53,703 nucleotides of DNA, taken from UHGV virus genome UHGV-0137934. One strand, 5' to 3'. Shown here in pieces: positions 20,629 through 30,538 of the stretch (positions are counted from its first letter, which is position 1; every line of letters begins with the position of its first letter). A program made the translations under genes and the position numbers. Below the pieces are notes generated by a model. The model did not search any database. It saw only the letters and a list, made by a program, of their open reading frames with translations, and was not told the origin of the DNA. The stretch comes from a virus.

Positions 20629-20885
20629 TACCCTTTGGTTTCGGGGGCGCGGTTCATTTTGTTATCAGGGACTTCACCAACTATCGTCACCAGCCCGTTA
20701 CCTTTGAGCTCGGCAGCACGTAAGCGAGAGACATGAAAAGGATCATCGGCAGGCGTCCTGAAAATGTCGCCATCCATAAAACGCCGGACAGGCTGAACCT
20801 GAATAGTCCCGGACTCAGAGGGTTCTGGCGCCACATTTTTACCGTCGGATACAGACGGTTCAGCCACATTTTTTCTGGCCATCAC
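20628..20885 (-). CDS. hypothetical head-associated protein
   Basis: 85 aa ORF directly after capsid gene. Confidence 0.4.
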   Translation of the reverse strand: MMARKNVAEPSVSDGKNVAPEPSESGTIQVQPVRRFMDGDIFRTPADDPFHVSRLRAAELKGNGLVTIVGEVPDNKMNRAPETKG

Positions 20886-20927
20886 AATCTCCTCAGAAAG
20901 AGAGGGCCGCTAAGCGGCCCTGAATTG

Positions 20928-22148
20928 TCAGCCGCCAGAAGCGGTTACATTACCGGTGACAAATGCTTCCGGACGATAAACTGCTAATGCCAGACGCTCT
21001 TCCGCACGAATGGTGACCATGTTTTTAATAAAGTCATCTTCGTTCTCAGTGGAGAGCAGCACTTCGATATCCATGCGATCGAAGATTTGCGCAGCCATGT
21101 TGAAGGCTCCAGTCAGGAAGTTGTTCTGCGCCATAGCCTGAGTTTCCACAACAGGAAGCCCCCAGATACGTGGAACACCACCATTGACCGGCTGCGCAAT
21201 GATGTAGCGGCCTTCGTTATCTTTGGTCAACTCGATGCCTGCCCAGTCAATCGGGTTCAGTACAAAACCAGACGCCGGATATTCTGCAAGAACGGCCTGC
21301 AGAACAGCCAGGCGAAGACGGTCGATCGGCGTGGCGTTGGACAGGGTAAGCGCTGGAGCAAATTCTGTTGCCTGCGGCAGAATACCGAGGATATTCGCGC
21401 CGGTGCCATCGCCGCTCAGCAACTGCTGCTCCTCTTTAAAGCGAAGACCATACTGAGCACGGCCATCGATATAACTGGCCAGACCGGGCGCATCGTCCAG
21501 GATCTGACGGGACGCTTTAAAATAATGCGCAATGGTACGTACCGGCGCACTTTTCAGCTCAAACTTAATGTCTGATTTTGGCTTGAGGGCACCTTCCGCC
21601 ACAGCTGCAGCATTATTGGTAAACCCCGTTTCCTGAACGAATTCAATACCGTTGGATGCAGTATTACCGGGGATCAGCAGGTTACGGATGGTAAGAGTGC
21701 GTTCCGGTGGTGCGATAATGCCCTGAACACGATCGGATACAACCAGACTGTTTGTTGCGCTCACGCCAGTGCCCGTAGTCGCCGGCACGTTCATAATATC
21801 TTTCTGTTCCAGCTTGACGCGGATGCTCTTACGGGCCGAACTGTCCATGCCTTTGAACTCTTCACTTTCGACCACCAGCTCACCGAGCGATTTTCGCTGT
21901 GCAGGTGCATCGTTCGGGCGGCGTGCACCTTTTTGCTCCAGCTCAGTGAGACGTTCTTTCAGCTCGTTCATCTGATTAAGGCTTTCGTCCGTTCTTTGTT
22001 TCAGTTCCAGCGAAACGGTTTCTCCTGCCTCCATTTTTCTCTTCACGTCTTCGCCGAAGTTTTTGACCTGATCAATCACCATGGTGAGCTGGGAGGAGAT
22101 TTCACCAATACTTTGTGGCTGATCGTCAGCCGATTTTTTCTGGTACAT
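20928..22148 (-). CDS. major capsid protein, HK97 family
   Basis: 406 aa; N-terminal coiled-coil delta domain then HK97-fold capsid region. Confidence 0.9.
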   Translation of the reverse strand: MYQKKSADDQPQSIGEISSQLTMVIDQVKNFGEDVKRKMEAGETVSLELKQRTDESLNQMNELKERLTELEQKGARRPNDAPAQRKSLGELVVESEEFKGMDSSARKSIRVKLEQKDIMNVPATTGTGVSATNSLVVSDRVQGIIAPPERTLTIRNLLIPGNTASNGIEFVQETGFTNNAAAVAEGALKPKSDIKFELKSAPVRTIAHYFKASRQILDDAPGLASYIDGRAQYGLRFKEEQQLLSGDGTGANILGILPQATEFAPALTLSNATPIDRLRLAVLQAVLAEYPASGFVLNPIDWAGIELTKDNEGRYIIAQPVNGGVPRIWGLPVVETQAMAQNNFLTGAFNMAAQIFDRMDIEVLLSTENEDDFIKNMVTIRAEERLALAVYRPEAFVTGNVTASGG

Positions 22149-22157
22149 ATAAATCCC

Positions 22158-22865
22158 TTAGAGAATTTTTGGGAGAGAAAACTGGCTCAGTTGCTGGCGC
22201 ATCGCCGCAATAGCCGCTTTGGTTTCGCCGTCTTCGCCCCCGGACTCACTCCGGTCAAGCAGATAGGACAGTCCGCGGGAGGCGACCGCGGCGGACTGAC
22301 TTTTCGAGAAACCTGCCTCTCGCAGGAACTTCTCAAATTCAGGTAAGGAAGGAAGATCACCGTGTGACAGCTTCGACTTAATGACGTCAATACGCGCATC
22401 ATCATTGGCCGGCACGGTAACAATGGAGATTTCAACCAGGTCGAGCTTCGTTAAGGTGCGGATCCGGGTTTTCTCATCGTAATTTGACTCACGGACGTAA
22501 TAGCCAATGGAAAGGCCGGTAATGGCACGGGTTTTCATGCCCCGCCAGGCAGTTTTCGCGTAGGCCGCGTCTTCAAGCCACAGGGCCCCTTCACCAAAAA
22601 GCCCATGTTTATCTTCTTTCAGGGTCGAGATGTCCCAGTTCCCTATGGGTTCGCCGGTGCGATGCTGCCAGAGAACCGGGAACGTTCTCCCCTTCGCCAG
22701 TGTTTCCTCGATGCTTTCGAGGAAAGCACCCGGCGCCACGACTTCGTTGTAGCTATCCACCACATCGAAGACAGAACCGTACCCAGAAAAAAGGCCGTCA
22801 TCGTTGACGGCCTTAATGTCGAAGTCGAATGCCTTTACTTTCATGGCTGCGTTTTTCCGGTACAT
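22158..22865 (-). CDS. prohead protease, HK97 family
   Basis: 235 aa; position between portal and capsid. Confidence 0.85.
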   Translation of the reverse strand: MYRKNAAMKVKAFDFDIKAVNDDGLFSGYGSVFDVVDSYNEVVAPGAFLESIEETLAKGRTFPVLWQHRTGEPIGNWDISTLKEDKHGLFGEGALWLEDAAYAKTAWRGMKTRAITGLSIGYYVRESNYDEKTRIRTLTKLDLVEISIVTVPANDDARIDVIKSKLSHGDLPSLPEFEKFLREAGFSKSQSAAVASRGLSYLLDRSESGGEDGETKAAIAAMRQQLSQFSLPKIL

Positions 22866-24160
22866 TCCGGCGTCTCCTCTGATTTAATGCCAAGCCATTC
22901 CCGCAATGCGTTTTTGGCTGATTCACTGTCGCCGGACTTACCAAGCTGATCAATCGGCAGCAGGTTGGATTGAACGGTTAGTTGGTCAGCGCCAGGTTTT
23001 GGCTGAAGGTTTTCTTTTTGCCGTGCTTCATTGCGGGTCATCAGACCGTTCTGAGTCATCGTTGAGTAAAAAGCGGCACGGGCGGCGCTGTCGGCACGTA
23101 AGAGACCTTCGATGGAAAACTCCGCGAAGTACTTATTTCTTTCTCCCGGCGCCAGGAGACTTTTACGAATCGCCTGCTCAATACGGGTCAACCATGGACG
23201 AAGTGAAAACGTTAAAAAGCCAATCAGCATCTGTTCGACGCCACTTCCCCACATCGTCTGCCCCTGGGCGCTATGTCCAATCAACCCCGGCCATACTCTG
23301 AACCACCGACAAATCTCTTCGATATTGAATGCTCTGGACTGCAGCATCTGGGCGTCTTCCGGGTTGAGGTCAACAGGCTGAAACTTCATTCCGGCTTCAA
23401 GAACCATCATTTTCCCGGTATTCATGGAGCCAGAAAATTGTTCGACCATGCTTTCACGTACTTCATTGCGCTGCTCTTTTTTCAGGATTTGATCCATTGA
23501 GAGAACGCCGCTGGGCCGCATACCGTTTTTAAAAACTTTGGCGCTGGCTTCATCTGTTGCCATTGCCAGACCAAGTGTCTGCCGGGCATAACTGACAGGT
23601 GACAGGCCCATGACACCATTGGTGCTGAACGCACGGATGTGCATGATGTCCCGTTCATCAATGTTTCGGGATGTACCTGAAGGCCAGTCACGGTAGGTAT
23701 AAATAGGATCTCCGCTCTTGCTTAAATCAACCTTCATCCTTTCTGGCCTGAGCGGTACAAGCGAGGTAATACGCTTTCCGGTACGGTCGATTTCTGCGTA
23801 AGCATTCCCCCATAAAAGCAGACTGGCCATGATCATTTCCCAGAACTCCACAGCGGTCATGTCAGCATTTGGTTGATTATGGAGGAGCTCATAAAGCGGG
23901 TGATCATTTGCACTCTGGCGACCATCAGCCGTTTTTTCGTAAAAACCAACAGGTAATGTCGCGATGGTTTCGGATAACAGCCTGACGCATGACCACACTG
24001 CCGATAACTGCAGGGCTTTATCAACCGTAACGGATTTGCCTGCTGCGGACTGCCCACCTGCATAAGCAGCCCAGAATTCACCGTCGGTAAGGGAGATGGG
24101 TACGCCTAGCCACCGGCGAACGGCGCTTTTTATCCGGCCTGGCTTCTTCTCTTTATTCAT
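22841..24160 (-). CDS. portal protein
   Basis: 439 aa; canonical position after terminase. Confidence 0.9.
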   Translation of the reverse strand: MNKEKKPGRIKSAVRRWLGVPISLTDGEFWAAYAGGQSAAGKSVTVDKALQLSAVWSCVRLLSETIATLPVGFYEKTADGRQSANDHPLYELLHNQPNADMTAVEFWEMIMASLLLWGNAYAEIDRTGKRITSLVPLRPERMKVDLSKSGDPIYTYRDWPSGTSRNIDERDIMHIRAFSTNGVMGLSPVSYARQTLGLAMATDEASAKVFKNGMRPSGVLSMDQILKKEQRNEVRESMVEQFSGSMNTGKMMVLEAGMKFQPVDLNPEDAQMLQSRAFNIEEICRWFRVWPGLIGHSAQGQTMWGSGVEQMLIGFLTFSLRPWLTRIEQAIRKSLLAPGERNKYFAEFSIEGLLRADSAARAAFYSTMTQNGLMTRNEARQKENLQPKPGADQLTVQSNLLPIDQLGKSGDSESAKNALREWLGIKSEETPECTGKTQP

Positions 24161-24166
24161 GGTGAC

Positions 24167-25903
24167 TCACACAATGATGGGATTACTGAAAAAGTCGTCG
24201 ATATCGCCAGAATCATCCTCATAGCCTTCGGAGGCACCGATTGCCATAGCGCCCGCTACAATGCCGTCGATACGCCCGGTACTTTTTTTCTTGGCAAAAA
24301 TTCGGTTTTCTTTCTGATCAGCCTCCGTCACTGCTGAAGCCGCATTCCAGCGAAGACAAGGGTTCGTCCTGATGATAATGACGCTGTCATCAAGCAACTC
24401 TTCAAACAATTCGATGGAGTGAGGCATCCACAGCCCGGAATCTTTCGCTTTGTAATACCCTTGCCCATGAGGGATTAAGGGAACAGAAACAGATGCTTCC
24501 TCAAGCTCCGGCTCAAGATATTTAATGCGATACTGGTCGAAGGCGATGGCCTTGATATCAAACTTTTGAGTCAGATCTGCAATGCGCTGGGCAACAAAGC
24601 CGTATTTCACTGCTTTGCCAGGTGTGGTGTGTATGTGACCATCGCGCTCCCAGGCGTCATAAGGTACCCTGTCCGTTTTGGCCCGTTCCAGTAACGTATC
24701 TTTCGGGGTCCAGAACTCCACCAGCAACTTACGTTGTTTTGGAAAAAACAACGCCAGTGCCGTCAAATCACGCGATCCGGACAGGTCCAGACCGCCATAG
24801 CATTCCTCACCTTCCAGTTCATCTGGATCAAAGCTCTCCTCACAACTCATCCAGACATCACTGCTCATCCATGGATTAGCCGCGTCAACCCACTGACAGA
24901 AGTTAAGACGTCTGACGATGCTCTCTTTCGATGGCATCCCGCGGGCCTGAGTCACCTGCTCACGAAGATAGCTTTCTTCAAAGGTGTGACCCAGCGAAGG
25001 GTTAGCTTTCTTCCAGCAGGACTCATCCTTGAAAGGATCGTCTCCTTCATCCAGAGAACAAATGAAGGCGAAAAAGCTGTCATCTTCTATCGAACCGGCA
25101 GAAACCTTTCGGCCGTATTCGTGATAGTCATAGCAGACGCTCGTTTTATCGTGCCCACTGTTGGTGATCATGAAAATCAGCGCCTGCCGACGACCTTTGG
25201 TACCGGCACGCATCATTTCAACAACCTGATTGCTTTTATGCTCGTGAACTTCATCAATAAGAGCGCAATGTGGTCGCGGGCCGGACTGCCCGTCATCTGA
25301 ACTGATTGGACGAAAGAAGGAACCAGACTGAAGAAAAGCCAGGTTCCATTCCTTCCCGGCACCACCTGATTTCTGAATACGTGCGGAAAGAGCTGGAGAT
25401 TGATCAACCATCGCCACCGCATCACGGAAAAGGACCATTGCCTGGTCTTTCTTCGTGGCAGCGGCATAAACTTCAGCGCGTGCCTCTTTATCCGCAGTGA
25501 GACAGTAAAGCCCTATACCCGCAGACAGAGGGGATTTCCCGGATCCCTTCCCGGACTCCACGTAAACCATTCGGAACCGGCGAAAACCTCTGGCGTTTTT
25601 CCAGCCAAAAATAGATCCAACGATGAAGCACTGCCAGGGCAGTAACACGAAAGGCTCGCCTTCGAAATCACCACCATTGAGCTTCAGAACTTTAGCAAAA
25701 TAGTCAATCGAGCGTTGCGCCGCCTCAACATCCCAGTGCAGACCACGGGCATGACATGACTGCAGATCGTTGAGGTGGCGCTGGCATGAGTTACGTATGT
25801 CAGGACCAGCCAGTTCTTTGCCCGAGGTTACATCCATCGCATATTGGGTTGCTGGATCAACCGAAGAACTTGTCGAGCGTGTCCTCTTCGGGGTCTTCGC
25901 CAT
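24167..25903 (-). CDS. terminase large subunit
   Basis: 578 aa; Walker A-like GKGSGKS motif; nuclease C-terminal region. Confidence 0.9.
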   Translation of the reverse strand: MAKTPKRTRSTSSSVDPATQYAMDVTSGKELAGPDIRNSCQRHLNDLQSCHARGLHWDVEAAQRSIDYFAKVLKLNGGDFEGEPFVLLPWQCFIVGSIFGWKNARGFRRFRMVYVESGKGSGKSPLSAGIGLYCLTADKEARAEVYAAATKKDQAMVLFRDAVAMVDQSPALSARIQKSGGAGKEWNLAFLQSGSFFRPISSDDGQSGPRPHCALIDEVHEHKSNQVVEMMRAGTKGRRQALIFMITNSGHDKTSVCYDYHEYGRKVSAGSIEDDSFFAFICSLDEGDDPFKDESCWKKANPSLGHTFEESYLREQVTQARGMPSKESIVRRLNFCQWVDAANPWMSSDVWMSCEESFDPDELEGEECYGGLDLSGSRDLTALALFFPKQRKLLVEFWTPKDTLLERAKTDRVPYDAWERDGHIHTTPGKAVKYGFVAQRIADLTQKFDIKAIAFDQYRIKYLEPELEEASVSVPLIPHGQGYYKAKDSGLWMPHSIELFEELLDDSVIIIRTNPCLRWNAASAVTEADQKENRIFAKKKSTGRIDGIVAGAMAIGASEGYEDDSGDIDDFFSNPIIV

Positions 25904-26321
25904 TCACTTTCACCTTCGTCCTTGCCGCTGGCGTCAGACCGAATTCAACCAGGTAACTTTTAAAACGGCGGTCGGCATCGGCCAGCATCGAAACGGCCGG
26001 GTTAGCTTTGATAAGAAAACCACCCTCGGTCTGGACGGTATAGGTTCTTCCCTCTACTGCGATGGTGTCGCGCAACTGAAGGATATCAGCGTAAATATCA
26101 CATAGCCGTTCAAGGGCTAAGGTATCGGCAACCGTCAACACCCCCATCCCGTCAAGGAGAACAGTCAACCTTCCCCAGGCAACCTTTCCCCAGTCGGTCA
26201 GGTGCGCCGGCGGGCTTGGAATTTCTCGCGCCGGAGTCGGTTCTTTATCGTTGAGTTTACGTTTGCCCGGGTTGCCGGAGACCACTTTGAGGTGGGTCGG
26301 TTTCGGGCGTCTTCCTGCCAT
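25857..26321 (-). CDS. terminase small subunit
   Basis: 154 aa basic N-terminus; overlaps large subunit start. Confidence 0.75.
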   Translation of the reverse strand: MAGRRPKPTHLKVVSGNPGKRKLNDKEPTPAREIPSPPAHLTDWGKVAWGRLTVLLDGMGVLTVADTLALERLCDIYADILQLRDTIAVEGRTYTVQTEGGFLIKANPAVSMLADADRRFKSYLVEFGLTPAARTKVKVNGEDPEEDTLDKFFG

Positions 26322-26438
26322 CGGAACCTCCCGGAAAAAAACTTTTCATTTCGCGGTTGTGCACAAAAAGGATGGGCGGCGGTCATTTGGGTTCGAGGTT
26401 CTGAACTTTTGACCCGCCCCTCCCCTATGGAATTGACG

Positions 26439-26780
26439 TCATCTGAACCAGTGAGAATTTGGATCAAGCGGAATACCATTTTCATCGCAGCCGATAACGG
26501 TGCCGCGCTTCTCCATTCGCTGTTTCGTTGAGTCATGGTGCTGCTTACACAGCGCTTGCCAGTTCTTCCGGCTCCAGAAAAGCTTTTGCGCCTTCGCTAT
26601 TGCCTGGCTGTCACCAGAGCGTAGAGCCTCTTTCAGTTTGTGAGGGGTGATGTGGTCAACCACCGTTGCAGCTGTCACCCTGCCTTGCTCCTGGCACATG
26701 ACGCACAAGGGGTGCGCACGAAGGAAGATAAGACGCTCACGGTCCCATTTGCTGCCATAGATGCGGGGCTCTTTGTTCAT
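26439..26780 (-). CDS. HNH endonuclease (terminase-associated)
   Basis: 113 aa; Cys-rich HNH motifs (CVMCQ ... HHD); directly upstream of terminase genes. Confidence 0.8.
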   Translation of the reverse strand: MNKEPRIYGSKWDRERLIFLRAHPLCVMCQEQGRVTAATVVDHITPHKLKEALRSGDSQAIAKAQKLFWSRKNWQALCKQHHDSTKQRMEKRGTVIGCDENGIPLDPNSHWFR

Positions 26781-26896
26781 GCTCTCGTCCTAATGCTTGG
26801 ATGGGCGTACGATCCTCACCTGACCGAACAGCGCCGGGCGCTTAACCTCGCCGTTTTCGGCAGTGAGGTAACCACGGCTATCAAGCACAGCGGCAA

Positions 26897-27025
26897 TCAC
26901 CTCGCCTCTTTCATCGTCAGCAGAAAAGCGTGCTTTACATCAACGCCATTGAGATAAAACGTGTTATGTTCGCGACTGGATGCGATGCGTCCGCCCGGAT
27001 CGTCGTCGAGAACTATCAGGCGCAT
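26897..27025 (-). CDS. small ORF, 42 aa, possibly 5' part of a frameshifted gene
   Basis: ATG with strong GGAGG RBS; in-frame stop after 42 codons; a second frame continues to about 26786. Confidence 0.3.
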   Translation of the reverse strand: MRLIVLDDDPGGRIASSREHNTFYLNGVDVKHAFLLTMKEAR

Positions 27026-27080
27026 ATTTCCTCCAATAAAAAGCCCCGCTTGTGCGAGGCTATATCAATTATCGAAAAAA

Positions 27081-27314
27081 CTACCAGCCAACCTGTTTGA
27101 TTCCTTTGATAATCTCTTCATCACTTAGGTCGTATTGAAAACGAGCGATAAAATACTCACTACCCTGATAAGAAAATGTTTCAATCGGAATATCTATTTG
27201 GCCGTGGTTGCCTTTAGGGTCAACGCCATAACATTGGTAAACATTTAAGTTTTGTTCCAGTTTTATAATTTTAGGCTCAAGCCCAGGTAGCAATACTAAT
27301 ACTAATTTATACAT
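27081..27314 (-). CDS. hypothetical protein
   Basis: 77 aa ORF in AT-rich segment. Confidence 0.4.
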   Translation of the reverse strand: MYKLVLVLLPGLEPKIIKLEQNLNVYQCYGVDPKGNHGQIDIPIETFSYQGSEYFIARFQYDLSDEEIIKGIKQVGW

Positions 27315-27381
27315 TTTTATCTCCTCAGCTAACTCGAAGAGACATTATCACAGGCACTCAGTGAATGCCTGCTGTAATGCC

Positions 27382-27627
27382 TTAACTGGATTGTTCGGCG
27401 CTGGTATCGAAGAGCGGCAGCGCTTCAGTTGCTTCCTGTACTGCTTTCATCGTCTTTGCTACCACTTCGGTTTCTGTCGTGACGCGGCTGTATTGCTGGA
27501 TGAAAAGCTGATACTTAAGCGGGCTGTCCTGAACAAACTCTACAGCGACTTTTGCGGCGGCAGTGTCATAGTTCAGGGTTGAAAGCAGGTTCAGGCGAAT
27601 CTGCTGGGCGTCGGTGATTTCGGTCAT
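27382..27627 (-). CDS. hypothetical protein
   Basis: 81 aa ORF. Confidence 0.45.
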   Translation of the reverse strand: MTEITDAQQIRLNLLSTLNYDTAAAKVAVEFVQDSPLKYQLFIQQYSRVTTETEVVAKTMKAVQEATEALPLFDTSAEQSS

Positions 27628-27839
27628 GTCTTACCTCTAAGCGATGTGGGGAGCATTATCGAAGCCACTCGGCAGAATGGCTCCTGTAATGCCCGATCAG
27701 GCCTCGCTGGCCCGCTCAACCAAATCTTTGAAGTCCTGGCACATATGCAGTAGATGACCATGATCGTCGACAAAGTTGTAGCTTTTGAATAGTTCTACGA
27801 TTTCCTCGGGACTCTTCCCACTCAAACGAGGAAACCGTT

Positions 27840-28055
27840 TTGAATCGTCAACCTGTTTCATCTTCAAATCTCCATTCAGTTGGTTACGACCACGCCACTT
27901 CAACACTGGAAATTGCATTCCATAGCGGTGGCATTTATCAATACTCTCGGGTTCCATCTACCGTATACACAGCACTAATGAATGCGTCGTCAAAAGGCCA
28001 GTATTTTGATGCCCACATCAAAAAAGCTGGCTACGCTTACCGCAAAGTTGGGTGA
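27840..28055 (+). CDS. KTSC-domain protein
   Basis: 71 aa with TTG start and GAGGA RBS; VSSSNL.SVGYD ... TLEI.FHSGG.YQY..VP..VY..L motif. Confidence 0.55.
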   Translation: MNRQPVSSSNLHSVGYDHATSTLEIAFHSGGIYQYSRVPSTVYTALMNASSKGQYFDAHIKKAGYAYRKVG

Positions 28056-28134
28056 GAAATCTAAGCGAGGCTTGGCCTCGCTTTTTTATCTGAGGCTCTG
28101 TATGCGGATATAGCCCTGCATGCATCTAGACTGT

Positions 28135-28311
28135 TTACTTCTTAACGCTGTCCGGCATTACCGCACCAACCACGCCAGCCAGCGCCACACCGCCAGCGAT
28201 GACGGTTTCCTGAATGCCCGGAGGCATCTGGTAGCCAAATACGCCAGCAATGACCAAGATGATGCCGCGCCAGGTTGACGGCTCTTTCAGTCGATTAATG
28301 AGATAGTTCAT
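28135..28311 (-). CDS. small membrane protein translationally coupled to endolysin (lysis accessory?)
   Basis: 58 aa from ATG overlapping endolysin stop (ATGA); two hydrophobic segments. Confidence 0.45.
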   Translation of the reverse strand: MNYLINRLKEPSTWRGIILVIAGVFGYQMPPGIQETVIAGGVALAGVVGAVMPDSVKK

Positions 28312-28850
28312 AGTTCCACTCTTTCCTTTACCCAACCATAGAGAAAATCTTCATTTGCCGCCCGAGCTTCAGCAAGCTCAAGATAGCGAGCGCCCTGGCT
28401 ACAATTCAGCCCCTTCAGCAGCGTGGTTTCACCATCTTTGCCACGAACAGCGAGATAACTTTTCAGGGCGGCGATGGTGATGTTGCCGATTGCACCGTCC
28501 GGATTCAGATCCGGATATAGCTTGCCCTGCATATTCAGAGCTGATAACCAGCGCTGTAGGAATGTACTGGCGACACGTGGCCCCATGTTCACGCCGGTAT
28601 CACACAATTCCTGTGCAATGGCTGGCGACAACTCGGCGATGCGGTCGAACTTCGGTTCAGTCCAGTATTGCGACAGATAAATGGCTTTGGCTGTATCCCG
28701 TGGTAACGCCTTCATATCGCCGCTATAGCCATACGCGCGGGCAGTAGTCTGAGTGATACCCCAGCGCGTAGGGCCGCCTTTATCATTCGGGTTATTTACG
28801 TAACCCCCTTCTTTACCGAGAATGCCCTCGATAATCTGATCTGCTGTCAT
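28308..28850 (-). CDS. endolysin, GH108-type with peptidoglycan-binding C-terminal region
   Basis: 180 aa; N-terminal ILGKEGGYVNNPNDKGGPTRWGITQ motif. Confidence 0.8.
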   Translation of the reverse strand: MTADQIIEGILGKEGGYVNNPNDKGGPTRWGITQTTARAYGYSGDMKALPRDTAKAIYLSQYWTEPKFDRIAELSPAIAQELCDTGVNMGPRVASTFLQRWLSALNMQGKLYPDLNPDGAIGNITIAALKSYLAVRGKDGETTLLKGLNCSQGARYLELAEARAANEDFLYGWVKERVEL

Positions 28851-29158
28851 GGCGCCTTAACTCCGGTAATGCGCTCCCAGAAATAGGTCAAAGCAACAGA
28901 ACCCATTGCCCCGCTAATTCCGGAAGTCGCCAGTATCATGTAAATGCTCAGTCCGCTTTCAATGCTCACCAGGCCAGCAATAACGCCGGTAAACCCTGAA
29001 ACCACCATTTGGGCAAGAGCATTGAACAAGCTCCATGTTGCCTTGCTCTGCTTCACATCTATCAGGTAGCGGACAAGTCCACCCCAGCAAGCAATGATCA
29101 GCAGAACCAGCCAGGACATCCCGGCAATGCTCTCTTTGTCTTGCATACGTTTAGCCAT
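28847..29158 (-). CDS. holin
   Basis: 103 aa with about three hydrophobic helices; overlaps endolysin start; GGAGG RBS. Confidence 0.65.
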   Translation of the reverse strand: MAKRMQDKESIAGMSWLVLLIIACWGGLVRYLIDVKQSKATWSLFNALAQMVVSGFTGVIAGLVSIESGLSIYMILATSGISGAMGSVALTYFWERITGVKAP

Positions 29159-29639
29159 AGTTACCGCCTCCGATGAAAGATCGGGAAGCTGTGTGAATAA
29201 ATGGGTGGGCTCTGCGCAAGCGCCCTGCGATTGGGTTATGAACCGTCGCAGGTGAGCCCTGTATGGGGAAAGGCCGCCAGATTGATTTACGACAAAGCAC
29301 TGTGTGACTAACGTTCTGGCCGCGCATTGAGGGCTTAAGCTTCAGAAAATAAACAGATAAAAAAAATTCAAGCCACCAAAATTAAGGATCACAAAATCAA
29401 AGCATTGATTTTATTAAATAAAAATAAATCAAAGCAAAAAATAGGAATGCAGACAAGCATATTTTACTTATTAATAAGTAATTTACGGAATTAGACACCA
29501 TAAAAATCAATAAAATCAATAAACCATAAATTCAGATTAATTAGTTAAAATTAACAAGTTTTAAGGGTTAGGATTTTTCTCACTACAACTATAAATTCCT
29601 GCCAATCAATGAAAGAAAGTACTTTGGGGTAGAAATTAC

Positions 29640-29762
29640 ATGTCAAATTTACTGATGCTAGCCTTAGCTATAGCTCTTCTTCTTATTGGTATTGGTTTTC
29701 TTGTCTCTTATATAAGAGACAGGAAAAGATATAAAAATACTTTTAAAAATAGGCGTAGATAA
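29640..29762 (+). CDS. small membrane peptide A (40 aa, TM helix plus basic tail RDRKRYKNTFKNRRR)
   Basis: Paralogue of peptide at 31509-31628; shared upstream motif GTTAGGATTTTTC. Confidence 0.4.
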   Translation: MSNLLMLALAIALLLIGIGFLVSYIRDRKRYKNTFKNRRR

Positions 29763-30060
29763 CCACTTACCAGAAATAGAAAGATGTTAGACACATCTTC
29801 TGACCAATAAAATTATAAACCTAAGGGATTTCGACCAAATCATTTTCATAACTTCGCGTTAGCTAACAATTTCTTTGTCTGAACACGCTGCAAATTAAAA
29901 GGCTTAACTAGTTTGCATAGGCTGGAGTGTCGCGATTATTTACAGTGCTTTAGTAAATCGCTATGATTTACGGACTGGGGAGGCCTGAGACTCACCCCAG
30001 TGCCCTTAAAATCTGATTGATGCTTTTGAGGTCCGCTTCCCGAAGTGGACCTTTTTTTGC

Positions 30061-30088
30061 CCAAAGAAAAGGCCCGCCGAAGCGAGCC
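30061..30088 (-). terminator. intrinsic terminator (minus strand)
   Basis: Minus-strand hairpin GGCTCGC-TTCG-GCGGGCC followed by TTTTCTTT. Confidence 0.5.
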
Positions 30089-30119
30089 TGCCACTGCTGT
30101 TTCTTTGTTTGTATTGGTT

Positions 30120-30253
30120 GTGGTGCCGGGTGCCTCCCGGTGAGCTTTTGGGTGACCGACCATAGCTCGCGTTCATTAGCTTCTAACTCTGCTGACGTTA
30201 CCGTGCCACATTGTCTGGTCAGTTCCGCCCCGCCGCACAGGGGGATTCACCAC
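30120..30253. repeat. structured element A (134 nt) with conserved termini GTGGTGCCGGGTGCCTCCCGGTGAGC ... GGGGGATTCACCAC
   Basis: Paralogue of 31142-31253; termini can pair (GTGGTG/CACCAC); internal CCGGG...CCCGG hairpin; ERIC-like end motif. Confidence 0.35.
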
Positions 30254-30324
30254 GCACTTTAATTAACCAACCATTTAGACTCATGTCAATTATTTGTGTT
30301 CTATGCATCAACGTAGATAATCCG

Positions 30325-30522
30325 CTAACCAATAACTCTTCTGGCTGTTGTGTAAATTTTCGTCAAATACAGATCTTTTGTCTGATCATTATGAATTTGA
30401 AGCATCAAATGCAAAGTCTGATCTGTAATAGGTTGGCCGGTTTCTTTTAGCATTATGATAGCTCTACCCAGCACTCGACAGACATCATCGTACATAGCCT
30501 GGTGTTCTTCTTTTGGCGACAT
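30325..30522 (-). CDS. small regulatory-type protein (possibly AriR/YmgB-like connector family)
   Basis: 65 aa from ATG at 30522 with GGGAG RBS; weak family resemblance only. Confidence 0.35.
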   Translation of the reverse strand: MSPKEEHQAMYDDVCRVLGRAIIMLKETGQPITDQTLHLMLQIHNDQTKDLYLTKIYTTARRVIG

Positions 30523-30538
30523 TCTACGGGCTCCCTGA

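Noticed and set aside
27697-27957. 86 aa minus-strand ORF overlapping the KTSC gene
   Set aside because: The plus-strand ORF carries the recognisable KTSC motif and an RBS. The minus ORF may have a short real core (from MKQVDD, about 27861) but that is unsupported.
29160-29640. Short AT-rich direct repeats (AAATCAAAGCA, AAATCAATAAA) upstream of peptide A
   Set aside because: Low-complexity AT-rich promoter-type DNA; repeats too short and few to call a defined element.
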